Shown: positions 19,297 to 29,328 of the stretch, in pieces
Layout: each line of letters begins with the position of its first letter
Numbering within the stretch: the first letter of the stretch is position 1
Assembly (NCBI GenBank): GCA_965249725.1
Contig: CBDFMQ010000002.1
Span: forward strand, 32,001-96,000
Length of the DNA: 64,000 nucleotides
Direction of reading: 5' to 3'
From: Longimicrobiales bacterium
GTDB lineage: Bacteria; Gemmatimonadota; Gemmatimonadetes; Longimicrobiales; Gaopeijiaceae
Translations under genes and position numbers: made by a program
The notes under the pieces: generated by a model
Told to the model about the DNA's origin: nothing
What the model saw: the letters and a program-made list of their open reading frames with translations, nothing else
Database searches by the model: none

Positions 19297-20913
19297 TTAG
19301 CGGGAGAGCGGATCGCCCTCGATCCACTGAGGTCGACCGTCGGCGTCGGCGATGTGCCGCACGATGGTTCGTATAACGCCGGCGAACTCCGCGCCGATTT
19401 CGTAATCGAAGGGGAGTGACAAATCGTCCGACGGTTGGTGGGGTCTGTGGATCCTCATCATCTCCGCTGCATCGATGCCGGGGTCGGTGGATCGTATCGC
19501 CGGGATGAGGCGCGTTCCGGGCACACCCGCTCGCAGGAAGCTGAAGTGATCGCTAGCGCCACTCTCGAACGGGGTCGCTTCGTCCAACCCGTACCCTACG
19601 CTTTCCACCGCTTCGCGGATGGACGCCCTCAGGGTGGCGTGCTCGGCGCCGTATGCGGTGATCTCGTCAAAGGGCCAGAACATCCGGGGCGCGTCCACGT
19701 TGATGTTCGCCACGATGTTCTCGATAGGCACGGTGGGGTTGTTCACGAAATAGCTGGACCCGATAAGACCGTGTTCCTCCGCGGTGGTGGCGTAGAAGAG
19801 CACGGATCGCTTCGGACGGTCTGAAGTCTGGGCGAGAACACGCGCCACCTCCAACATGATCGCAACGCCGGTCGCGTTGTCCATGGCGCCGTTGTAGATG
19901 CTGTCGCCGTCTACGGCCGGGCCGATGCCGACGTGATCCAGATGACAGGTGATCACGACGTACTCGTTCGCGAGGTTTGGATCCGATCCTCTCAGAAGCG
20001 CTAGTACATTCCGGCTCTCGGCTTCGCTGTGAATCGACCTCTGGCCGAGGGTGACCTGGAGTGGCAGTGCGAAGCCCTCGGGTGACTGTTCGCCCGAGCG
20101 AGATTCCGCGACCACTTCCCCGTAGGACTTTTCCGAACCCTCGAACAGCCGAGCGCTCGCCTCCGAACTGAGCGTCGCTCGCAGGTCGGTTCCCACCGTA
20201 TTTCGTGTGGGCTGGAACGCCTGACCATCGGCATCCATCCAGGTGGTTAGGGGCCGCTGGCCCGGTCTGACTCTGGCCGCGAATCCCTCGGCGCCTGCGG
20301 TCCCCGGCAACGTAAGCGTGATGGCGCCCACCGCGCCGTGCATTTCCGCGGCCTGGAACAAGCGGAGGGTCACGTGCGGGTCCAGTTGCGCGGACACGTT
20401 GGCCCGTCCATCGAGGATCGCCACGATTTTCCCTTGGACGTCCAGCTGGCCGTAGTCGTCGAGATCGTGTTCTGGTGCGTACAGCCCGTATCCCACGAAG
20501 ACCACCGGGGCCGTTACCGACCCACTCGTCTGTGAAACCGCCGGCGCGACGACGTAGTCCCTCCCCTCCGCCAGTGTGATCGGACTCCCGCCGCGGTGCA
20601 GTCGAAAGACGCTCCTCGACGGATCGCGGTTGCTCTGCCGAAGCGGAACGGTTTGGAAGTACGTGCTCCCGTCGCCTCCGGGCTCCAGGCCATAGGACTT
20701 GAACTGCGAAGCCACGTAGTTCTCGCTGACGTACAGTCCCCAGGTCGCCGTTTCACGCCCCTCGAGCGCATCATCGACCAGGAAGCGCATGTGCGCTTCG
20801 AGCTTGTTTGCTTCGATCGACCCGGACCCGTACGAAGCCTCCGGCGGGCCGCAGGCGCCTGACCACACGAGCGAAACCGTGAGGGTCGCAAGTCGGAGAT
20901 GGTGCCGGCTCAT
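19297..20913 (-). CDS. M28 family peptidase with PA domain (lipoprotein)
   Basis: DDALEGR, VFVGYG, DVQGKIV, HLDHVG..IYNGAMDNATG, TAEEHGLIGS, SDHFSF; start MSRHHL. Confidence 0.9.
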   Translation of the reverse strand: MSRHHLRLATLTVSLVWSGACGPPEASYGSGSIEANKLEAHMRFLVDDALEGRETATWGLYVSENYVASQFKSYGLEPGGDGSTYFQTVPLRQSNRDPSRSVFRLHRGGSPITLAEGRDYVVAPAVSQTSGSVTAPVVFVGYGLYAPEHDLDDYGQLDVQGKIVAILDGRANVSAQLDPHVTLRLFQAAEMHGAVGAITLTLPGTAGAEGFAARVRPGQRPLTTWMDADGQAFQPTRNTVGTDLRATLSSEASARLFEGSEKSYGEVVAESRSGEQSPEGFALPLQVTLGQRSIHSEAESRNVLALLRGSDPNLANEYVVITCHLDHVGIGPAVDGDSIYNGAMDNATGVAIMLEVARVLAQTSDRPKRSVLFYATTAEEHGLIGSSYFVNNPTVPIENIVANINVDAPRMFWPFDEITAYGAEHATLRASIREAVESVGYGLDEATPFESGASDHFSFLRAGVPGTRLIPAIRSTDPGIDAAEMMRIHRPHQPSDDLSLPFDYEIGAEFAGVIRTIVRHIADADGRPQWIEGDPLSR

Positions 20914-20948
20914 CGCGCGTCTCTCCTGTGAGGCGGTGTTCTGCAACG

Positions 20949-22013
20949 TCAGCCGCCCACTCCCCGCCTCGAGACGATTTCGATCACGACCGCGTGCGCT
21001 CGGTACGGACCCGGGGCACCCACGAGACGGCGGATCTCCTCGACCTCGGCACCGCGGCGGTTTCGGAGAATCTCCGTCGAGCCGACCCAGGGCTGCCCAT
21101 CGAGGAACAGCGCGCCCTCCACCGTCTCCGCTCCGGTATCGATCCACTGCGGTCGCTCCAAACGGATGAGATCGTAGACCGAGTTGTTCTCACGGCGGGC
21201 CGCGATGTCCTCACGGGTAATCCGCTCCATGAGAACGACCCTGTTCTCCGGCGGAGGCCGAGCGGCCAACGCCCGCCGGCGGGCTCGACGGCCCCCTCGC
21301 CAGGCGCGCGGCGTGAGGCTCACGCCGATCTGGAATGAGAGCGAGTTGTGTTTCCGGGAGAACTGTTCGTTGTAAGGAGCCTCGTCGAACTCCGTCATCA
21401 TCTGCGTATAGCGTGCGTCCAGGTAGAGCTTCGTGGTACCGACATTGAACGAGACGTCCACCCCGGCGACGCCACCCCAATCAGTACCCTTGGTGTTGAA
21501 ATTCAGGGGACTGACGTAAGGGAACGCGCCCACATAGGGCGGGACCTGGGCCTTTGACTTGGTACCGGTTGCCTTGGCGCCGACGAGAAACGAGATGACC
21601 GGCCCACCGAAGAAACTCACCGTCGGCGACAAGCTCTCTGGGGTCACGCGGAGCTTGAAGAGTGGTCCGACATCGAGATAGTTGTAGTTCCACAGCCAAT
21701 CCGTCACATCACCCAGCGTCTCGGTGTAGATGTCGGCACCCGTCGCCCCCCTCCTGGAGTAGTACGCCTCGGGCTGTACCGAGAAGGGGCCCCATAGAGC
21801 GACGTTGAGGAATGCTCCGAAGATATGCCCCTGTCGGGTGTCGGACTCGCCGATCTCCGTGCCGTGAAAACTAGAGAGGTTGAGGCCGCCCTTCAGGCCC
21901 ACTTCGACCTGAGCAGCTGCCTTCGTGGTAACCACGGAACTGGCCAGTGCGAACGTGACAAGGAGTAAGACCCTCGGACCCATGAATTCCAGCGGTCGAG
22001 CTATCCTCATCAC
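20949..22013 (-). CDS. Outer-membrane beta-barrel (PorT/porin-like) protein with C-terminal plug-like domain
   Basis: VGLKGGLNLS, SVQPEAYYSRRG, YLDVGPLFK, LDARYT; tail ITREDI..VYDLIRLERPQW..FLDG..VEEIR. Confidence 0.7.
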   Translation of the reverse strand: MMRIARPLEFMGPRVLLLVTFALASSVVTTKAAAQVEVGLKGGLNLSSFHGTEIGESDTRQGHIFGAFLNVALWGPFSVQPEAYYSRRGATGADIYTETLGDVTDWLWNYNYLDVGPLFKLRVTPESLSPTVSFFGGPVISFLVGAKATGTKSKAQVPPYVGAFPYVSPLNFNTKGTDWGGVAGVDVSFNVGTTKLYLDARYTQMMTEFDEAPYNEQFSRKHNSLSFQIGVSLTPRAWRGGRRARRRALAARPPPENRVVLMERITREDIAARRENNSVYDLIRLERPQWIDTGAETVEGALFLDGQPWVGSTEILRNRRGAEVEEIRRLVGAPGPYRAHAVVIEIVSRRGVGG

Positions 22014-22885
22014 TGTCCCGGCCCCTCAGCCCTCATCACGTATCCCTTCGTCCAAATGAGGATCGCTCCACAGGGACTCTTCAATCCACCGGCCCACGCA
22101 GGCAGGCCCGCCTGGCCCGCAAACACCTCGATCGCCGACACCTCGGTCGGGTTGACTAGGCTCTGCCAATCCGAAGCCTCCAGGTCTCGGCTACCCACCA
22201 GGTCCGGTATGTCCCCGAGCGGCGTGCGCGATGCATTGTCTTCCACGAGCAAACGCTGTGAGCCCAGGTCGATGATCCCATCCTGCACGGTCGCGCCGTC
22301 GACGTGGATGCTCGGGCGACACCCTCGTCGGCGGGTCGAAAACACTTCATATGAGTAGCTACCCGGAGGGCGCAACACCGATACGCCGGTCATCCCCCCG
22401 AAGAGGTCGGAGATATCGAGGGGTGGCTTCGCCTCGAAATACTCCGCCGTACGGATCTCCGAGAACCCCATCTCTGCCCGCTGGTAGAATCCCTCGCGTG
22501 CGAGCGCGATGCTTTGGTTCTCCACGCTGGCGATGAGGGGATCCAGCAGGACGGGATCGAGTTGGAGACGGAGTTCGGCGAGCGCGGCCTGCCCCGGTCC
22601 GAGCGCGAACACGTCGGAAATAGAGGCCTCGTAGCCGATACGCTTGGCCCGAAGGCGGAACGATCCTCCGTCGGGCATCTCGACGACGAACCGCCCGGAT
22701 TCATCGGTTACGAACGTCTCGATGACGGTGTCATCCGGCGCCAGCACCGCGACCTCGACGGTACCCATGGGGTCTCCCGATTCGTCGTCGACGACGTAAC
22801 CCTCAACAGACTGGGCCAGGGCCGGCGACGCCGATGCCAGAATGAGCATCAGGGCCATGGACAGTCGATCCGTCGTTCTTCGCAT
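22010..22885 (-). CDS. Carboxypeptidase-regulatory-like domain plus TonB plug-like domain protein
   Basis: VEGYVVDDESGDP..TDESGRF..RIGY; GFYQRAEMG..CRPSIHVDG..VSAIEVF..CGAILIWTK. Confidence 0.75.
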   Translation of the reverse strand: MRRTTDRLSMALMLILASASPALAQSVEGYVVDDESGDPMGTVEVAVLAPDDTVIETFVTDESGRFVVEMPDGGSFRLRAKRIGYEASISDVFALGPGQAALAELRLQLDPVLLDPLIASVENQSIALAREGFYQRAEMGFSEIRTAEYFEAKPPLDISDLFGGMTGVSVLRPPGSYSYEVFSTRRRGCRPSIHVDGATVQDGIIDLGSQRLLVEDNASRTPLGDIPDLVGSRDLEASDWQSLVNPTEVSAIEVFAGQAGLPAWAGGLKSPCGAILIWTKGYVMRAEGPGQ

Positions 22886-23144
22886 GCCAATCTCCAGCGG
22901 GTACCTGTGTCAAGATGTCGCAACTCTGTTGCGAACATACGCACAACAAGTGCCGCGATGACAGTGTTCCCTGGAGCGAAGGGGGATTAGGAGTGGTCGC
23001 GTCATGGTGGTGCGTCGTCCTTGCGCCCGGGTGGCCTCCCCATAGGATGTTAGCCGCCCGCTGACAACACCGTGCGGCCGTCCGATGGAAAGAAATTACG
23101 CCGGTGCAGCTTGAAGGTCGCATCAACGCCGGGGAGAGACGTGT

Positions 23145-23594
23145 ATGCCAGAGACAGAATGCCATCCGAGTCAGAGCTGCTATCGAGGCGGATACAAGTA
23201 CCAGCTCGTTGAAGAGTACAGTGTATCCACTGACGTCATTCCCGAAGAAGACGTTCGGACCGACTTCATCGATCTGGACCTCACTGGGCGGCTCGTAATC
23301 AGGAGGGGATATGCGTGGGACGGTCCGTCCGGTCCGACCATCGATACCTCGGACTTCATGCGAGGCTCGCTCGTTCACGATGCGCTGTATCAGTTGATGC
23401 GTGGCGGGAAGATCTCCAAGGCGCGGTGGCGTGATGCCGCCGACCGCCTGCTGCGCCACATGTGTCGAGACGACGGCATGGGCTTCATTCGAGCTTGGGT
23501 GGTCTACCAGGGGGTGCGACGGTTCGGAGATCCGTCCGCGTCCCCCGAGACCCGGAAGCAGGTCAAGAAGGGACCGAAGCGGCCTCGGACGTAG
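23145..23594 (+). CDS. DUF1353-like protein
   Basis: GYAWDGPSGP..GSLVHDALYQL..ADRLL..VYQGVRRFG. Confidence 0.7.
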   Translation: MPETECHPSQSCYRGGYKYQLVEEYSVSTDVIPEEDVRTDFIDLDLTGRLVIRRGYAWDGPSGPTIDTSDFMRGSLVHDALYQLMRGGKISKARWRDAADRLLRHMCRDDGMGFIRAWVVYQGVRRFGDPSASPETRKQVKKGPKRPRT

Positions 23595-23738
23595 TCAGAG
23601 AGGGCTCTGCGGTCCGCCGCCTGCTCCTTGCGGATATTCTGATACCACAGGCATCTTGTCGGTCTCTTATCTATTGGGCTCGATCGAGCGACGTCTCGAC
23701 TCCACCGCCCACACCCGCGCCCTACCCCAGGAGAAACC

Positions 23739-24497
23739 ATGAAGAAGCTCGTACTTCCGTTGTTTGTATGGACCCTCGCGATCTTGGCGTTGGCTACGCC
23801 CGTCCAGGCGCAGGAAGACACCCCTGAGATGGCGTACGTCGTCACCGTCGAGCCCATGGCGGGCCACGCATCGGCCATGGAGGAGGGCGCCAAGAGACAC
23901 ATGGAGTGGTACGGTGAGGCCGGGGGGCAGTGGGTGTGGGCCGTGTTCGAGATCGGGATGGGCGAGCGCACCGGTCAGTACGTGTGGTTCAGTGGCGGGC
24001 ATACATATGCGGACTTCGACCAGCCGGACGTGGATCGGCAGGCGAGCAATGAGAGCCTCGACCGGAACTTCGCACCTCACGTCGAGAACGTCGTTGCCTC
24101 ACTCGGGCGGCAGCGCACCGACCTCAGCATGCGTCCTGACAACGCACCGATTCGCCCCATTTACGAGGTGTTGACGTTCACATTGGCGCCGGGTGGGGAG
24201 CCCGCTTTCATAAACACCATGGAGAAGATCAAGGAAGCCCTCTCCACGGTTGAGGGACCGATCGAGTACACGGTCTATCAGTCGGCGCAGGGTGGAAACG
24301 GCGATTGGGTCGTCTCGATTCCGCACGAGAGCTTCTCGAGCATGGGTGGCCCCGGAGACATGAACGACCTCTTCGAGCAGGCGTTCGGGCGATTCGAGGC
24401 ACGTAGGCTCGAGGACGCCATGGGGAACTCCGTCGCCTCGGCGACATCGGAAATCTTCTTCCTGCGGTCGGACCTCAGCCTGAATCTCCCCGACTGA
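23739..24497 (+). CDS. Secreted hypothetical protein (possible tandem alpha/beta-barrel, NIPSNAP-like)
   Basis: SD GGAG, signal peptide VQA-Q, two internal halves ending RTDLS and RSDLS. Confidence 0.7.
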   Translation: MKKLVLPLFVWTLAILALATPVQAQEDTPEMAYVVTVEPMAGHASAMEEGAKRHMEWYGEAGGQWVWAVFEIGMGERTGQYVWFSGGHTYADFDQPDVDRQASNESLDRNFAPHVENVVASLGRQRTDLSMRPDNAPIRPIYEVLTFTLAPGGEPAFINTMEKIKEALSTVEGPIEYTVYQSAQGGNGDWVVSIPHESFSSMGGPGDMNDLFEQAFGRFEARRLEDAMGNSVASATSEIFFLRSDLSLNLPD

Positions 24498-24538
24498 TCT
24501 CGGCTGCTCGGCCGAATCTTGGTGCAGGTGTGAAACTA

Positions 24539-24570
24539 CCGGGCCGTCCTTCAGGCGAGGGGCGGCCCGG
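24539..24570. terminator. GC-rich hairpin between convergent genes
   Basis: ccgggccgtcct...ggggcggcccgg inverted repeat; no clear U-tract. Confidence 0.45.
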
Positions 24571-24941
24571 GAGGTTCATACCCCCATGTAAGCCACAGCT
24601 CCGGTGGCTTTCGGAACTCGTATCCGGCCAAGATGGCGGGTCTCTCTTCATCGAGTGCGAGGTCCGGCAAGCGCCCCAGAAGCACTGCAATCGCCGTTTG
24701 GATTTCCAGGCGCGCCAACGGAGCGCCCAGACAGAAATGGCGACCTGTAGGTCCGGAAGTCGGCCAGTACCTGATGCACGTCGTCGTAGCGGGCCACGAA
24801 CCACATGGCTGTCTCGGGAACCCAGGTGATCGGCTCGTGCTTGCGGAGTTCGGCCAGAAGGGGGTACGAGTCAGCACTGAGTCGGGCCGTCGTGACTTGG
24901 CTGCCCAACGGAAACCGGGACGCGAGTGCGTCGGCGCTCAT
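24551..24941 (-). pseudogene. Cytochrome P450 remnant with large internal deletion
   Basis: N-terminus YPLLAELRKHEPITW..WFVARYDDVHQVLAD joined out of frame near 24746 to the heme motif GRHFCLGAPLARLE and C-terminus; ~390 bp in total. Confidence 0.88.
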
Positions 24942-24959
24942 CGCGGGCAGGGAACTCTC

Positions 24960-26444
24960 CTAGCTGATCGGACGCCGGCGAATGGGCTCGCCCGGCATGA
25001 CCCCATCGACGAGCTCTCCTTCGCGGACGACGAACTGACCTGCCACCAGAACATGGGGAATCCCCGCCGAGGGCCGCGACGGCTCCTCGAAGGTGGCCCG
25101 GTCGATGACCGTGGCAGGATTGAAGATGGTCAGATCGGCATCCGCACCGATCTTGATGCGACCCTTCCGGGTCATCGCCGGGACGACGCCTTCGAGACGC
25201 TGTGCCGGCATGAGTGTCATTTTGCGGATCGCGCTCATGAGCGAGAGGACGCCCTCGTCGCGCGCGTAGTGTCCGAGCACCCGTGCGAACGAACCGGCGC
25301 CACGGGGGTGCCCCCGCCCATCGACGTACGGAACGCCGTCACTTGCGATAATCACGGAGGGATGTCCGATGGCGTACTCCATCTCCTCCTTGGGAATGAT
25401 GTGGGCGATGATCCTGCCGCCCTCCTCCCGATACGCGTGGAAGGAGGCCGAGTCCAAGCGTTCTCCCGTGGCACCCCATTCGATGTCGGAGTACTCGCCG
25501 CCCAGGCGCTCCCGCCATCCCGGATCGAAGATTGCTGCCTTGATCCCTGTCGATGCGGCCGTGTACGGGTAGACCTCCGTGGTGACGTCGATTCCGGCGT
25601 CGTTGGCGGTCTGGATCATCTCGAGCAGAGTGGGGACCTGCCTTAGTCCGCTCGACCCGATATGGACGATGTGCACGGACCCTCCGGACCCCGCGGCGTC
25701 GGCGATCATCTCCTGGACCGCTGCAATACTGGATTCCGGCTCCATCAGGCCCGCGTAGCGGATGTGCACGAAGATGGTCTGACCTCGCGCCGCTGCCGTC
25801 TGGAACGAGCGGAAGATCTCCTCGCGGCTGGCCCCGGGGATGTATTGGAGGCCGAGTCCGACGCCTAGTGCGCCCTGAGCGAGTCCGCGGGCGAGGCTGT
25901 CCTGCATCTGTTCGATCTGCTCGGGTGTCGGCGGTTCGTAGATCGCGGCCGGCTCATTCCCGCCGAAGGCTGCGAGACGGGCCGCACCATAGCTCGTCGT
26001 GGCTCCGAAGTTGATGCGCCAGCCGCCCTCCCGCTCCGCATACCACTGGTCTACCGGCCAAGCGCCGCTCTCGAGTTCGAGAGCGGTGGTGACGCCGTCT
26101 CGTACCTGAAGGTCCCGGCTGAAGGGATCTTGTCCGTGTGCATGCAGATCGATGAACCCGGGCGCTACCACATGGCCGGAAACGTCGACGATCTCTCGGC
26201 CCTCGAGTGGTGCCGCAGAAAGGGCGGCGATGCTGCCCCCGGTGATGCCCACGTTCATCACCTGGTCCAAACCGGACTCGGGGTCCATGACGCGACCGCC
26301 TTGCAGGACCAAGTCATATGTCTGTGCGTCGAGGCTGGCAGTGCCGAGCAGTAACCCCAGACCCGCCACCGCGATCACACACAAGAAAAGGCGACGCTCG
26401 CGCCGGAGCCAGATTGTACGACGTAGGCTTAGATCATGCAGCAT
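24960..26444 (-). CDS. Amidohydrolase (N-acyl-D-amino-acid/D-glutamate deacylase-like)
   Basis: GGRVMDPESG, VAPGFIDLHAH, IIASDG, HPRGAGSFARVL, KGRIKIGADADL. Confidence 0.9.
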   Translation of the reverse strand: MLHDLSLRRTIWLRRERRLFLCVIAVAGLGLLLGTASLDAQTYDLVLQGGRVMDPESGLDQVMNVGITGGSIAALSAAPLEGREIVDVSGHVVAPGFIDLHAHGQDPFSRDLQVRDGVTTALELESGAWPVDQWYAEREGGWRINFGATTSYGAARLAAFGGNEPAAIYEPPTPEQIEQMQDSLARGLAQGALGVGLGLQYIPGASREEIFRSFQTAAARGQTIFVHIRYAGLMEPESSIAAVQEMIADAAGSGGSVHIVHIGSSGLRQVPTLLEMIQTANDAGIDVTTEVYPYTAASTGIKAAIFDPGWRERLGGEYSDIEWGATGERLDSASFHAYREEGGRIIAHIIPKEEMEYAIGHPSVIIASDGVPYVDGRGHPRGAGSFARVLGHYARDEGVLSLMSAIRKMTLMPAQRLEGVVPAMTRKGRIKIGADADLTIFNPATVIDRATFEEPSRPSAGIPHVLVAGQFVVREGELVDGVMPGEPIRRRPIS

Positions 26445-26500
26445 AACGCATTAATCATTGTTACTTGAGGTGAAATCGACCTACTCGTATGAACGATTCT

Positions 26501-28378
26501 TCAGCGTGGCGTGGCCGACCCCGAAGAAGTGACCCGGGCTCCCTCGAGCCGCAAGCGGGGCAGGATCACATCTTGGAACCTCGATGTGTCCCATAACGGG
26601 GCCAGAACGGGATCCCATATATCATACTGAACCCTGAACGGCATGGTGAAGACCATCTCTTCGAGCACATCGAGGGCTCGATCCGGCTCGCCGAGCAGCA
26701 CCCAGACGTGCGGAAGACCCCGTGGCGTACCCGCAACCTGCAGACGCGACGCGTCGCCGGTCTCTATGGATTCGCCCATCCGCCGAAAGGCCGTGGTGTC
26801 CGGCAAGTAGAAAGCGAAACGATCAATCGCCTCCCGGTAACGGCCGTCGAGTAGCATCTGGTGGGCCAACACGGTCCGCAGGTAGCGCACGTCTCCGGCC
26901 GTATCCATCGCGAGCCCCTCCTCGAGCAGGGCTTCTGCCTCCTCGGGACGGCCACTCAGGTAGAGTGCGAATCCGTGGATATCGAGACGGATGGGCGATC
27001 GGTCGAGGGCCAGCGCCCTCCCGCTCTCACGGAGCGACTCGTCCATACGCCCCATGCCCCAAAGCAACTCCGAGTATTGGATGTGGGCCTCCACGTTGTC
27101 CGGATCGATCTCGATCGCCTGCCGGAGCTGCCTCTCGCCCTCGTCCCACTCCCATCGGTCCCGATGAATGCTACCGAGCGCGACGTGCGCCGCGGCGATC
27201 CGTGGGTCGAGTTCGAGAGCTCGGCGTCCTGCTGCCCCTGCGGCCGAGAAACGGGTCTCCCACAACAAGGAGTCCGTCGATTCGTCCCCCTCCATGACGT
27301 ACAACGGGCTCAGGGCCAGCGCCTCAGCAAGCCCGGCCCAAGCGGGGGCCCACGCTGAATCACTTGCGATCGATGCTTCGAAGAGGGCTACGGCCTCCTC
27401 GACCCCGGTGCCCCGCCGCCGCATTGCCGCCCGGGCATTGAGGTACGAGTCGTGCGCCTCCATGTCGAGCGTGGGAGAGACCAAGGCTTCCCTGCTCAGC
27501 CCGAGGGGAATACGGAGAGCCGCGGTGATGGCTTCGGCGATCTCGGTTTGAATGGCGAAGACGTTCTCGAGCCGGCGATCGTACGTCTCCGCCCACAACC
27601 GAGACCCGTCTGCGACATCGACCAGTTCCGCGCTGATGCGTAACTGGTCGGCGTCTTTCCGGACGCTCCCTCCCAGCAAGTAGGGGACACCCAACTCTTC
27701 GCCGACCTGACGTGGGTCGAGCGTTCGGCCCTTGTACGCAAACGCGGACGACCGTGCCGCTACTCGTAGATCACGGATCTTCGACAGTACGGTGAGGATT
27801 TCTTCCGAGATCCCGTCGCTGAAGTATTCTTGATCGCCAGCGGGGCTCATGTCCGTGAAGGGGAGCACCGCGATCGCTGGGCGTGGGTCGTCGGCCAGGT
27901 CCACGTAGGTAAGGTCCGATGCGGCGAGCGTCCCGACCGAGGACCCGAGGGCCTCTTCGTCCGTATCAGGGGCTGAGCGTCTCCCTCCGTAGAAGGCGAC
28001 GGCGAGCAGAATCAGCCCCCCTAGCGCCAGCAGGCCCGGAGGCCAGCGGGTCAGCGCGGGAGCGGAAACGATGGACTCGATCTCCGAAGGGGCCGCCGCT
28101 GCCGTCAGCTTCACACCGTCGGGCGTCAATTCGAATGCCCACGCGAGGACCACGGCGAACGGGAAACCGAGAATCACCAACCACAGCACCAGACTGATCG
28201 ACCAATCCGGAAGCGGAATGGCGGGGAAGACCACGCTCGCAGCCTCCAAGACCACGAACGCCACGGCGCCGTAGACCGCGATCACACGGAAGACGCGACG
28301 CCTCTTCATCTCGGCGAACCAGCGCTGATAACCAGCGGTTGGGCGCGTGGAGGAGGGCCGGTTCGTCGATTCGGTCAT
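26501..28378 (-). CDS. Membrane-anchored TolB-N/FlgO-like plus TPR protein
   Basis: EMKRRRVFRV N-terminal TM block, IAVLPFTDMS..QEYFSDGISEEI..VAARSSAF, TPR repeats (ALELDP, AIEIDP). Confidence 0.85.
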   Translation of the reverse strand: MTESTNRPSSTRPTAGYQRWFAEMKRRRVFRVIAVYGAVAFVVLEAASVVFPAIPLPDWSISLVLWLVILGFPFAVVLAWAFELTPDGVKLTAAAAPSEIESIVSAPALTRWPPGLLALGGLILLAVAFYGGRRSAPDTDEEALGSSVGTLAASDLTYVDLADDPRPAIAVLPFTDMSPAGDQEYFSDGISEEILTVLSKIRDLRVAARSSAFAYKGRTLDPRQVGEELGVPYLLGGSVRKDADQLRISAELVDVADGSRLWAETYDRRLENVFAIQTEIAEAITAALRIPLGLSREALVSPTLDMEAHDSYLNARAAMRRRGTGVEEAVALFEASIASDSAWAPAWAGLAEALALSPLYVMEGDESTDSLLWETRFSAAGAAGRRALELDPRIAAAHVALGSIHRDRWEWDEGERQLRQAIEIDPDNVEAHIQYSELLWGMGRMDESLRESGRALALDRSPIRLDIHGFALYLSGRPEEAEALLEEGLAMDTAGDVRYLRTVLAHQMLLDGRYREAIDRFAFYLPDTTAFRRMGESIETGDASRLQVAGTPRGLPHVWVLLGEPDRALDVLEEMVFTMPFRVQYDIWDPVLAPLWDTSRFQDVILPRLRLEGARVTSSGSATPR

Positions 28379-28595
28379 GGGCGGGGATGGGGGAGGAAGG
28401 CAATCCGAGCGCAAGATACCGGCGGGGGACCCCGCACAGCCAGTGCCGACGATAGCAAGCGGGAGATGCGTACGGGAGGCGCGTGACGCATGGACGGCCT
28501 ATATTGTGCACCTCGATTCTCCTCGCCGCACTCGTTTCCAGGTGGGCGTCAGGAGAGATGCACTGTTACGGACGTACCCGCTGGAGGAAACAAAA

Positions 28596-29288
28596 ATGAA
28601 GAGAATCGCGTTTGCGCTCATCGCACTCGCCGTCGCCGCTCCCCTGAGCGCCCAGGCCGGCATGGATCCCGATCCGACGACCGAGGTCACCGGCTCTGGA
28701 GAGCTCCCGGACGGTTGGATGGTGCGCTTCGACCCGGTCCGGATCCGCGAGGGCCGGCCCACGCCACCCACCCCGACGGTAGCGGACGTCAACTTCCGCA
28801 CGATGGGCAGGGGGCTTCACGCCACCTCCGGCCCGGCCGGGGTCTACTACATGGCCGGCGACGAGGCCTCAGGCGACTACACGCTGAGCGCCAGCTTCTC
28901 GCAGTCGAAGGGCATGGGGCACGAGGCGTACGGCCTGGTCTTGGGTGGATCGAACCTTCAAGGGTCGACTCAGAACTACCTGTACTTCTTGATCCGGCCC
29001 GTGGACGGCGGCATCCTGATCAACCACCGCTCGAGCGACGCGGCGCCGACCAAGCTCGTCGGCTGGGAAGTCAATGACGCGGTCGTGAAGGAAGGCGAAG
29101 AAGGCAAGGCGAGCAACACGCTCGCCGTGCAGGTGATGGGCGACATGGTGCACTTCATGGTGAACGACCAGATGGTCACCATGCTGACACGAGCCCAATT
29201 GGACGGCGCGAACACGGACGGCCAGGTGGGACTGCGCGTCAACCACAATCTCGACGTCCACATCTCGGGCTTCGGCATCACGCACTAA
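28596..29288 (+). CDS. Secreted beta-sandwich protein (possibly DUF1080/ConA-like)
   Basis: SD GGAGG, signal peptide LSA-Q, HEAYGLVLGG, NTLAV..HFMVN, GQVGLRVNHNL. Confidence 0.65.
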   Translation: MKRIAFALIALAVAAPLSAQAGMDPDPTTEVTGSGELPDGWMVRFDPVRIREGRPTPPTPTVADVNFRTMGRGLHATSGPAGVYYMAGDEASGDYTLSASFSQSKGMGHEAYGLVLGGSNLQGSTQNYLYFLIRPVDGGILINHRSSDAAPTKLVGWEVNDAVVKEGEEGKASNTLAVQVMGDMVHFMVNDQMVTMLTRAQLDGANTDGQVGLRVNHNLDVHISGFGITH

Positions 29289-29328
29289 ATAGGCCGTTGT
29301 TGGTCCCACAGCCGCAGGAGAGGTCGTC

